Source: Macrostomum lignano
Taxonomy: Eukaryota
Length of the DNA stretch: 64,000 nt
Direction of reading: 5' to 3'
NCBI GenBank assembly: GCA_002269645.1
Contig: NIVC01000985.1
Coordinates: 62,001-126,000 of the forward strand
Shown here: positions 21,621 through 33,500 of the stretch, piece by piece
Layout: every line of letters starts with the position of its first letter
How positions within the stretch are numbered: position 1 is the stretch's first letter
Made by a program: the position numbers and the translations under genes
Notes under the pieces: model-generated
The model's database searches: none
The model's input: only the letters and a program-made list of their open reading frames with translations
What the model was told of the DNA's origin: nothing

Positions 21621-22375
21621 CGAGGGGTGTCGCATGACTGTTTTTCACAGTCAGCAAGAGTAACAGCAACTGATCCATTTCATAGCGGCTTTACTTACTA
21701 ATGACAGTGAAAAATTGTGAAAATATCAAGAACTTTTCAAAAGTTATACCTCTTTTTACTTGCAGTGGGGTACTGCATCTCAATGAACAGGAACTTGGAT
21801 GCTGCATATGAAGCCCCAGGAAACAGTAAGTCAGTTGTCTTTCAAAAAAGTTTAAATGTCTTCCTCAGTGGCAACTGAGACCTCAATATAGGCACCCTTC
21901 AGTTGGATTGCATTTCCTTCACCGGGAAAGCATGTCTTCAATGGCATCTGCGTACGCCTGTCTTGGCATTTCGTGGACAACAAGAACCTGTCGCACTTCC
22001 TGCTCAAGGCTGACACTATTAGCATGAACTCTGCCCCTCAGATTCAGAGTGCCACACAAGCAGAAGCAAATGAAACTTGTACCATAGATATAGAAAGTGA
22101 TGACATGGCACATGCTAGAGATGTTTCGCACAATGTCGAATTTGGTTAATTTCTGTGAGAGTTAAAATTGTAGTCCAGTTCAGTTCTTGTTCATTGAGAT
22201 GAAGTACTCCACTGCAGTTAAGGAGACTTAACTCTTGAAAAGTTCATGATATCTTCAAAATTATTTTACTGGGTCATTAGTAAGTAAAGCCGCTATGAAA
22301 TAAATCAGTTTATGTTACTCTTGCTGACTGTTAAAATAATGTGAAAAAGTCCTAAGACTTTTTGGACACCCCTCA
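21621..22375 (-). mobile_element. Non-autonomous Tc1/mariner deletion derivative
   Basis: TA|CGAGGGGTGTC...GACACCCCTCA|TA, with ~180-bp imperfect TIRs. Internal remnant QAYADAIEDMLSR*RKCNPTEGCLY resembles a mariner transposase C-terminus. Confidence 0.85.
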
Positions 22376-22931
22376 TATTTATGCAGTTAATGACTACTTT
22401 CTAAATCTGTTGTGTAAGAGATGTATCGAGTCTAAGAAAAAAATGCTATTTTTAGAATCCAGATGCTAAATTTAGATTTAGTTTCTTCCATAGATTCTGA
22501 ACTACTATCTATGGCAATAACGTACTTTAGTCTCCGATATTAAACAAATTGGATGACAATAAGCATCCACGACATGGATGAAGTTCATTGGCTGCTGCAA
22601 TTTAATAATAGTCCCCCTTAAGTTCTTAATGGCTGAAGCTTCTACTTAGGGGAAATTCTAATTTCTTTCCCTCAAGACCGTCGTGGCACAGAGGAAGAAA
22701 GCAGTTAAAGATGTCTAACGTTAATCGTAACTTTGGAATTTCCCCCGTGTACAAGCTTGTACAAGCTTCAGCCAGTAAGAACTTAGGTGGGGGGTATCCC
22801 AATTTTTAGGAAGCATTGGCCATAGACTCGCTTTCAGATGAGCGATCCTTTCTATTCCTTCATCCATGATCCACGAAGAATAGATAAGAATTCAGCTAAG
22901 AGTCCAAATATTGAAGGCTATAATTAATAGT

Positions 22932-25900
22932 TCACTTCTTCCTGCTTCTAGTCCGCTGTTTATCAGCGTGTTGAACAATCTGCTGCCTAACTGGCATGCC
23001 TTTGCGCCGTCTCACTTCCATCAGATAATTGACAATCCGCATTCGTTCGTCGCGCAGGTCGTCGTCTTCGCGGGGCAGCATCAGCGGATCCCAGTCGCAC
23101 AGGGCCCAGTGACTGAAGCGAAGCTGCGCCCCGGCGAAACCCGAAGTTCGTTTGCGTAGCTCATCTGCTAGGCCGAAGCTTTCAATAACTGGCATGTGAC
23201 CGCGGAGTACAAACATGTTAGTGCCTTCTCGCAGGTCCTCCGACACAATGCGGCCCTGATGCTTGGCTAGGACTGCGTGTACTTTGCCTAATACCTGCGG
23301 GTATTCGCGCGAGATTGTGCGGCTAATTTAGTCTATGCTAGTTTTACAATGTACAGGTGGTATTTTGCACTCGATTCTTATAATTCTCTACATGTAGTGG
23401 TTTTTGTGCGTATTGACCAAAAAGCATATATAAGATCTATAAGATTAGCTACCCCCCTCGCCAATTCATCAGCTACCCCCCCAATCCATCAATAGTTAGC
23501 TACCCCCCCCAATCCATCAATAGTTAGCTACCCTCCAATCCATCAATAGTTAGCTATCCCCCCCAAACCATCAATAGTTAGCTACCCCCCCCCAATCCAT
23601 CAATAGTTAGCTACCCCCCCCCCCCCAATCCATCAGTGGTTACATCAGCCGGTTGAAAGCCTACGAGTACATCCTACAGCCCTAGATAGGTAAATTCATT
23701 ACCTCGCTGCGGCACTGCACATCAACGGTGAACGCGGCCAGCATGAGCCGCCTATTGGCGTGGCACAGGAACGCTTTACCGAACGTCTTGCTGGCGTGGC
23801 TCATCAGCTGACCGGCTGACACCGTCAGCTCCGGGTAGCGCTCGTCTCCAGCTGTTGAAACTTCGCAAACGTCCAATAGAACGAAGGCGACGCCGCGTAG
23901 AGGCTCTCGACAAAGCGGACCTTGTTGACAAGTCCATTGGAAGCCGTTAATTATCGCCTGCCACAGGTGCGAGGAAGCAGCCGATGCAGGAGTACTATTA
24001 GTAGTATTAGTAGGCAGCAATGGCGCGGCAAGGGTACCGTCGGGCAGTCTGGCAGACGGGCCAAGCAGCAGCAGGTTGCAGGGATCGCGGCGGGGCCCGG
24101 CAGCCAAGACGGAACAGTCGGCAAGTCTGCCAAGTTCAACAGAAGCGGCGGCGGCATCAGAAGTGGCGGCTGAATCTAAGGCTAGGAGTTCGCTACGAAG
24201 GCCGTCGCGCAGGGCTAGAAGCGCGGTGTCAGCGGCGCCGGCAGCAGTGGGACGCCTGCGAAGCGCATCGGCGTGGTTCTCCAGCAGGCGAATGGCGCCA
24301 GCCGACAGAGGAACGGCGCGGACAGTCAGCGCCAGATGTCGGTCGGCGTCGCGAGCCTGCATTCGACAGCAGACGAGGCCCCGACAGGCGTCTAGCACCT
24401 CTGGATCGTCTTTGCCGCCAGATTCGCCGATGTCCAGCTGGCTGAGCAGCTCTTCCGGCGGCGCTTCGTCCGCGTCGTCTGTGTCAGCATCGGGATCGTC
24501 GGCGGCTGCGGCGGCGGCTTCAGCCAAAGCCTCGTCCGTAGCTAATGTCTCACGGAACGGCACCACAATAGGAGAGGTGGTGAATTCCACCTGGACGACG
24601 ATAGCAAATTGCGGAGTATGGAGTATTATTAAATCTATTTTTTGCTACCATGGTAAAATGTTTCATTGAATTGAATCGTCAATATAGAACACTTCCACAC
24701 AAGCATGAACATTATATTTTTATGTGTTTGGCAGCCCCCGACTCCCGATTAGGAGTCCCTGACACCCAAATCAAAATTGATGACCCTGACATCCAACCCT
24801 GACATCCAGACAGGCATCCTGACAGCTAGATCAAAACTTGGCACCCAGGTCTAAACCCCTGACACCCAGGTCTAAACCCCTGACACCCAGGTCTAAACCA
24901 TGGACACCCAGGTCTAAACCCCTGACACCCAGGTCTATCTAAACCCCTGACACCCAGGTCTAAACCTCTGACACCCAGGTCTAAACCATGGACACCCAGG
25001 TCTAAACCCCTGACACCCAGGTCTATCTAAACCCCTGACACCCAGGTCTATCTAAACCCCTGACACCCAGGTCTAAACCCCTGACACCCAGGTCTAAACC
25101 CCTGACACCCAGGTCTAAACCCCTGACACCCAGGTCTAAACCCCTGACACCCAGGTCTAAACCATTGACACCCAGGTCTAAACCATTGACACCCAGGTCT
25201 AAACCCCTGACACCCAGGTCTAAACCATTGACACCCAGGTCTAAACCATTGACACCCAGGTCTAGACCCCTGACACCCAGGTCTAGACCCCTGACACCTA
25301 GGTCTAAACCCCTGACACCTAGGTCTAGACCCCTGACACCTAGGTCTAGACCCCTGACACCCAGGTCTAGACCCCTGACACCTAGGTCTAGACCCCTGAC
25401 ACTCATGTCTAAATCCCCAATAATATTTTAATGAAACAAATTCTCACCTTAGCATAGCACTGCCGTAGGTCGCTTAAACACTTAGCCAGGTGCACCTCCC
25501 CACTAGAGCAGACGACATTCTCGCCAGTGTCTTCCAGCAGCACCTCGGCTCCGGGATCGTGCCGCTCTAGCAGGCGCAGCCCGGCCAGCAGGCGGCTCTG
25601 ATCGGCCGGATTGACGCACTCGACTGCCACCCGGATGATGGGCGCCGCCTCCGACGCCATGTCGCTAAAAGCCGGACAAGCCAGCGTAGCGCTCAAAGTT
25701 GCCGTTTTAATAACCCGATCGGCGAGACCTTCGACGCCAACAATGGCGCCGGCGCCGGCGCCGGGCACCGATTCGAAGTCGCGACCTCGCATTAGTAGCA
25801 CTCGGCCTATTGTGCAAACGCTCGCGTGTCTCAGTCCGGAATCGGACAGTCGTTTCTCAGCGTCCAGCGCGTCCGGCGTCAATTCGGCCAGGCCCGGCGG

Positions 25901-28900
25901 CAACCGGTCGGGTCGGTGGCGCGGCGACAGCAGAAACAGGCGATCGCCGGGCCGAACAATGCCCGAATAGATGCGACAGAAGGCTACGTAGACGCTCGGC
26001 GAAGAATCGTTGTCCGTGTTGGAAGCGGAAGCTTCGGCGGCACTTTCGCCGTTGGCATCGACAGTGGCAGCCTTGGTGGCCCGCATTGCCTCCCACTGGC
26101 GTCGGGCCTCAAGACGGCGCTGCTCAAGTTCGGCAGCCGATGTGGCCGAGGCTTCCGGCGGCGGAGCCGAAGTCAGACCGGCCGGAGCCGGTTCAACAAT
26201 GCAGCCAGCCGGCACGGCCATCATTTTGGAGGCGAACGCGACAAGAGGACCGTCAGGGCTGCAGGCGAGAAAATGCTGACGGAGGCAGCTTAAGCCTGCG
26301 CTCTCCGGGCTGCCTTCAACGCCGCCGATAGTTAGCAGGCGGTTGACCTTGAAGTAGATAGAGAGCAACTAAAACATTATGCTTATGAAAATAATAGCAA
26401 TACAATATAGACATTTAGCCTAGCCTTCAATATAATCCGACTGGTTTGGCCACTGGATTGTTGGCCATACAAATGTGCACTATTAAGATTTTAGTCAAGT
26501 CTAATAAAAAATGCCTACCTTATCAGTGCTCAGCTGTCGAGGCGAGGGGCACCTGGCCACAACGGCTTCTAGGACGGCGCGGGCCACCGGCAGCCATTGG
26601 GCGGAAAAAGCGGCCAGTGCCGAGTGCGGATCAGCGCCAGATTTAAGATCGCGCGGCCCAAGGCGGATGTCTAAACTGGCGCACATTTTGCTTATCTTAT
26701 CGGCATCCCGATTAGTAACAAAAGTGTCGTAAACTGTCCACAGGTTCTCTAGTACAAGCTGTACGAATAGCGGTTTGCGACCTTTGACGCTGGCGCCTCT
26801 GTACACCTAGAAATCGGAGTATTTATTATTAACATGTTACGCTCGTATTGCTCTGAAACTACTTTTCCTTCAAGTGCCATAGAGTGACTGTTTGGATGAG
26901 ACAGTTTATATTCATTGGATAGAACGCCATATGAATTCTATACCAAAACTCTAACTAGCCTACTGCTAATTAGAAGCAACACAAGGTAAGGCATTAGTAG
27001 AACGTAGGCACCAGAAACATTAATTTGGGGGGGGGGGGCACGGTTCCTAACCTTTAAAATCATTGCTAAACTGCTATGAAGGAACTGACCTAATATTATA
27101 GAAAATAATGGGATGCATGTAAAGTTCCGCTGAAATCTCGCCTTCGACGCTAATATTTTGCCTTCAGCACTAAATTGGCGTTAAATCCTCGCCTTCAGGG
27201 GGTTGTAACATAGTGTTTAGAGCGTCGGACTCACGACTTGAAGGTCGGGGGTTCGTTTCCTGAACCCACTGAAACAATTTGTGTCCTTGAGCAAGACACT
27301 TATAACTCTGCATTGCTTCAGTTCACCCAGCTGTAAAATGGGTGCCAGCATTAGCTGGGGTAATTGAGGGTGTGTGTGGCGACCCCCCCCCCAGTCCTTG
27401 GACTGAACAGCCGTACGCAGCCTTCAGATGCGCCGCGCAATAGCTGCGGCTGAGCTGTCGGTTGCACACCTGGCCCAATTGAGACAGGTGTAATCAATTT
27501 ATTATTATCTCCTTCGGCACTAAATTGGCACTAAACCCTCGCCTTCGGCACTAGATTGGCGCTACACAGGCTCGAGAATATACCTGTAGTAGTGGGAATC
27601 TTGTCCACTTCTCAAAAACAAAAGTTCCGTAGAACGACATTTAAACAGACGTAACTCTGTGGCCTGATAAAAATAGTATACGAAAACACGCCAAAAAAGT
27701 TTCTGAAAGCTTTCTAAATCTAAACACCAAATAATTTTCATAGAAACGCAGCCAATCATTGCGTCTAAAGTTCTCGCCTGATAATAAGAAACTTCCTGCC
27801 TCTGTGGTCTGACTGTCCTCAGCTAGAACTAACAAAGTAGTATATGAGTAGTATGCAAGCACATAACTAAAAAAACTGACCTTTTTCTCCTTAGCAGCAT
27901 AAAAATAGTCGCCCCACAGAGCCCTGCTAAGTATCCGTTCGCTGCAGCCCAGTCTCTTAGCTAATAATCCAGCGAAATCGTCTAGACGAAAGCCCCAGCC
28001 GTCGAGGGCGCTAGCGAATACAACATTGCCGCGCGCCGGCGCAAAGTACACGTGCTCGTCTTCGGCCGACTCCAAGCCGCTCAGCCAATCGCTGCTCAGT
28101 GTCACCTCGGCGACGCTGTCGGTGGTTTTTTCGACAGGCTGCGATTCCTTTGGCTTCTCTTGCTGTTGTTGCTGCTGCTGTTCTTGCTGCTCCTGCCGCT
28201 CGAAGAATTCCATTCGATAGAGCTCAGCCATCAGAGCGTTCACGGATTCAATTAGCTTCCACAGGTGGTGATAGGCATCCGTGGGACTTAGCCGCAGCTC
28301 TAATATTAGCCTGTCGACTTTGTTAATTAATAGTACAGGCGTGACGCTGTCTCGCCAGGCCTGGCGTAGCACGGCTACAGTCTGGGGCGAGACGCCTTCT
28401 ACCGCATCCACAACTACGATGGCGCCATCGCTGAGGCGGACCGCGGCTGACACCTGGGTGGAGTATTGGAGCATCGAGGTGGATCACAAGGCTCATTTAA
28501 GGGGAATTTAATTGGTGCTAAGGGGTTAGGGGTGGATTTCTACGAGGATTAGGGTGGATATCTATGAGGATTAGTAGTAGATATCTATGAGGATTAGGGG
28601 CGGATATCTATGAGGATTAGATGCGGATATCTATGAGGATTAGATGCGGATATCGACGAGGATTAGGGGCGGATATCTATGATTGGGAGCGGGTATCTAT
28701 GAGGATTAGGGGCGGATATCTATGATTGGGAGTGGGTATCTATGAGGATTAGGGGCGGATATCTATGATGATTAGGGGCGGGTATCTATGAGGATTAGGG
28801 GCGGATATCTATGAAGATTAGGGGCGGATATCTATGATTGGGAGCGGGTATCTATGAGGATTAGGGCGGATATCTATGATTGGGAGTGGGTATCTATGAG

Positions 28901-30020
28901 GATTAGGGGCGGATATCTATGATGATTAGGGGCGGGTATCTATGGGGATTAGGGGCGGATATCTATGAAGATTAGGGGCGGATATCTATGATTGGGAGCG
29001 GGTATCTATGAGGATTAGGGCGGATATCTATGATTGGGAGCGGGTATCTATGAGGATTAGGGCGGATATCTATGATTGGGAGTGGGTATCTATGAGGATT
29101 AGGGGCGGATATCTATGATGATTAGGGGCGGGTATCTATGGGGATTAGGGGCGGATATCTATGATTGGGAGCGGGTATCTATGAGGATTAGGGCGGATAT
29201 CTATGATTGGGAGTGGGTATCTATGAGGATTAGGGGCGGATATCTATGATGATTAGGGGCGGGTATCTATGGGGATTAGGGGCGGATATCTATGAAGATT
29301 AGGGGCGGATATCTATGATTGGGAGCGGGTATCTATGAGGATTAGGGGCGGATATCTATTATGATTAGGGGCGGATATCTATGAGGATTAGGGGCGGATA
29401 TCTATTATGATTAGGGGTGGGTATCTATGAGGATTAGGGGCGGATATCTATTATGATTAGGCGCGGGTATCCACGAGGATTAGGACCGGATATCAACAAT
29501 GGGTTAGGGTAGTTATTTGAACAGCTTTAGGTGGAAATCTATTAGATTATTAGGATGCATAATAGTGCATATCTGTAAGGGGCTGAAAGGCACATATTTA
29601 TAGAGCAGGGTTTGGATGCATGCAAGGGACTTAAGCCAGAAATATTCTTGACTTCGTGGCGCTTTTCTACAGATGCTCGGAGCTAAAACAGCAAAAAACA
29701 AGCTAAAGCAACCCCTTACCCACCTCCGAGGAGAAGTCGATATGACCGGGACTATCAATCAGGTTAACAACGTACTGTTCGGAACATTCTTTGCGATTGT
29801 ATAGCAAAGATATTATGGAGCTTTTCATAGTGATGCCGCGCTCCTGCTCCTGTTCTAAGCTGTCCATGTAGCGCAGGCGGGCAACTGAGCGACTAGGAAT
29901 GATGCCGTTTGTAGCTATTAAACAGTCAGCCAGGGTGGTCTTGCCGTGGTCAACGTGGGCCAAGATGCACACATTTCTGGTTCGTTCAGCCTTGGACTTG
30001 GTGGCTGTAGGCGGCTCCAT
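22932..30020 (-). CDS. EFL1: Elongation factor-like GTPase 1 (Ria1/EFL1, 60S maturation), 6 coding exons
   Basis: Exons 30020-29724, 28453-27881, 26806-26519, 26347-25448, 24590-23703 and 23294-22932. Motifs [75 protein letters not shown] and RRRKG. Confidence 0.95.
23447..23635. repeat. ~29-bp tandem repeat (agttagctaccccccccaatccatcaat) in the last EFL1 intron
   Basis: About 6 copies. Confidence 0.9.
24775..25401. repeat. 21-bp minisatellite (gacacccaggtctaaacccct) in an EFL1 intron
   Basis: About 28 copies. Confidence 0.95.
27200..27508 (+). mobile_element. tRNA-derived SINE, family B (CORE-like central domain)
   Basis: tRNA-like head (gagcgtcggactcacgacttgaaggtcgggggttcg), central gtgtccttgagcaagacactt...cagttcacccagctgtaaaatggg, 3' end caggtgtaatcaa plus (tta)n. 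Confidence 0.85.
28520..29500. repeat. Compound 20-23-bp G-rich minisatellite (gaggattaggggcggatatctat) in EFL1 intron 1
   Basis: More than 40 units. Confidence 0.95.
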
Positions 30021-30239
30021 TTGCCTTTGGCTGGCTCTGATAGATTTAACTGTGAGAATCAATGCACTATTGGCTCATTAACCATAGCATTGTGATTTTA
30101 ATTAATAGAAAACAACAAGCCGATCTCGTACGACGTATATATGCATTGAAAATAAACAAGACAATTAGGAAATTGACTAGCAATCTTCGCCCTCCATTGG
30201 GGAGGCAACAAATAGTATTTTGAATACTTTGCTGTGAAT

Positions 30240-30555
30240 AGTAATAATATAATAATAATAATAACTGATTACACCTGCCCTAACTGGGCCAGATGTGCTA
30301 CCGATAGCTCAGCCGCAGCTATTGCGCGGCGCATCTGAAGGCTGCATACGGCTGTTCAGTCCAAGGACTGGGGGGTCGCCACACCCAACTCTCAATTACC
30401 CCAGCTAATGCTGGCACCCATTTTATAGCTGGGTGAACTGAAGCAATACAGAGTTAAGTGTCTTGGTTAGGGACACATTGTTCTACTGGGATCAGGAATC
30501 GAACCCCCAACCTTTAAGTCATAAGTCCAAAACTAACCACTAAGCTACAACCCCT
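30240..30555 (-). mobile_element. tRNA-derived SINE, family B
   Basis: Reverse-complement match to 27200-27508, with an (aat)n tail near 30245-30263. Confidence 0.85.
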
Positions 30556-33500
30556 TGAACCCTTTGAATAACCATTTAGGGGCTACCACCACTTGAATAG
30601 CAATTTAGTCATAGTCTTCTAATGACAAATTTAAATTTGTACTACGAATTGGCTGGCCAATTTGGTCAGCCAGATCAGCCAACTTGGCCGACTGTTGCGC
30701 ATGTATGCTGACAATGCACTTTGAAATATAAAATATATTAAAAATTGACTTCATTATTCATTCTTAGCTTCTTATCCATTTTTATTAACCACAAAGCAAT
30801 CAAACATATGAATTTTACTTAAGCAACAATAACCCCTATAAAGATATTAATCTTAATTTCTATAAAATCAAAGAAGTAATCTTTACCTATGAAAATAAAA
30901 ATTATCTGTGTGCATGTATAAATGTGTAGGAGGCATTTATTGAGACAAGTGTATATAAAGTGACCCATGCTATTAGAACAAGTGTGTCCAAACATACCAA
31001 AAATGAATAAAAAATACCAGAACTGTCTTTCAATTCTCCTTTCAAAAATCGAGGCTTTTTTCATATTTTTAATCAAACACAAGAAATTTAATGATTTGCA
31101 GTGTATTAAGAACTTCAAAAATAATGCAAAATCATTCTTTTCCAATATAACTATTGGGTCTCAATTGGACTTCTTGTTCTTTTACAATATTTCTTACAAT
31201 ATCAGGGAAATTTTACTACAAATAATAGGGAAAGGTTGTCTATAAGGCCAGAAAGCTACCAATCAATGCTTAAAGGATTCAATGACATTTGACAAAATGT
31301 TTAGTGTTTACCCAATTTTGTATATAAGAAACAATTTAATATAGATTTATAATACTTTTTTTGCATAGAAAGTGCTATCCCTTATCCCTTAGTTTTGCTT
31401 GTATATGAACAAGCATGGCAGATGGAGGTTACACCTAAGCCATTTAAACTGAAAGTCTCATTTTCATTAGTTTCATTGATCTATTTGTCTATAGGCAAAT
31501 TGGTATTGACTGACTCAAGTTAGTGACTGGAGGCCATTAATGGGCACTTCCAATAAAGGTAATTTCCCAATAGAAATCTGGCAGTTTTATGAAGTGCTTA
31601 TAGTTATAAAGGAGGCAAGAAATAAAAGCCAAAGATATTTTTTACATTTCCTGAGCATTGATTGCTTAATTATATAGTTATTAAAGGCAAACATTATTTC
31701 TAAGGCTTTATATTTCTAATTGGCCCTGAGTTTGGCCAGCTATTATTATATTGGGTCTATGAAGTTTGCTAGCAAAAAATCTGCTAGCCAAAGTTTGCAA
31801 GCAAGAAATTTGCTTGACAAAATCTGCTAGCAGTAATGTTGCTAGCAAGGATTTTTTACATATAGATAAACTCTGACATTGATTATGTTTTATCGCAAAG
31901 GGCAGATAATTAAGTTTTAACATTAAATTTAATATATAATATTAAATGCTAAGTAGCTGAGAGTGGCAGTAAAAGCTATAGTTAGACTTGTACAAATCAA
32001 AGTGGCTGACTCATTTGTTGATAAGCAAAACACAATAGATAAGAAAGCAAGTTAAGGCAGCAAGTTTGGCTAGCAAAATTCCTGCTAGAAGATTTTGGCT
32101 AGCAAAATCCTCACTAGCAAAATTCTTGCTACCAAGCTTTGGTTAGCAAATTTGGTACAAATCTTGTACTCTATATTATGTTAGCATAGTATACCATAGA
32201 ATTCTCATTTGATGTTGAGATATACTAGAACTGAGGAACTATTAAACTTAAGATAACTTCAACTTACTTCATGTCTGCTAGTGCATGTTTGCATGTCACT
32301 GCAAAGTATAGTCAATTAGTTGACCCTTAAACTAACTAGTGTATAGTCTTCTATGAAAAGCAATTTTATCTGCCTGAGTCTGATCAATAAAGGAAAATGT
32401 GTATAATGTGTATATATTCAGAAGTATTAAACAAGCCATTTATAAGACCTAAGCAATCATGTCCACAGACTGACTTATTAGTGTAGATTCCTAGCAAAAA
32501 CCACAGCATGTGGCAGAGGATAGGGGAGGCAGGCGCAAAAAGGTAGATTAGATTGTCATAAAATAATCTCCTAGATCTAGAGGTTAGTTAATCTATTTAA
32601 TGAGGCCAAAAATGGGCTTAAAGCCTATAGATAGAAGGGTAGACATTCACTTTGACAATGGCATCTTTCAGATGGTCAAATAAATATTTCAATTATGAGA
32701 CCTGCACTACACTAGCAAAATATGCCAATGCACGAGTTTCTATGGCCAGGCATAGAAAGACTTGGCTAGGAACCAAATAAGTAAGTTGAAGTTCAAAAAT
32801 CCTTTTTTGGCTTATTATGCTTAACTTTAACCCAAAATTTAAAAGATTATTTTTTAATGATTTTAAGATATGCTGATACAGATCAACCATGTTGATATAT
32901 ATTTGTACACTTTTCTGGCAGATTTTTTATTTGATTGCCTTCATTTCTTGTAGGGTTGTCTAGCAGCAACATTTCCTATATTGGTCTAATATTCTTAGTT
33001 GAGGCTGATGTTTTTTGATACAGCAGATGGTGCAGCAACATTTTCTATTCGTTAGCCAAATACTGCACCTACTTTGTCTGGCCCATTGACATTTGCAAGT
33101 GAAGATTACAACCCTTATGCTCTGCATAGCAAAAGCAATGGTTGCATACAAAAATCTGCAACTCAATTTGGCTGGCTATGTGTATGAGGATATATATCAA
33201 ACTACTTCCAAAACTGAATGTGTTGTCATTGAGTCCAAGACATCTATTAATTGTGAAGACCTATCTACTAGCACTTTATACGTAAAAGTTAATTTGCTTT
33301 TTGTCAGGATATCAATACCCTAACCTCTGCCTCTCTATCTTTCTTTTATCTGGTGAGATGTGGAAAAAGGAGGCTTTCAAATTGACTAAATTTTGGTTGC
33401 CATAAGTTTGTTCTATATGAAGTGATTAACTTCAAACTTGAAATAATACTTTATTGACTTATTGTCTGTCTGAATGTAGTCTCAACTCTAGAACTCAATC

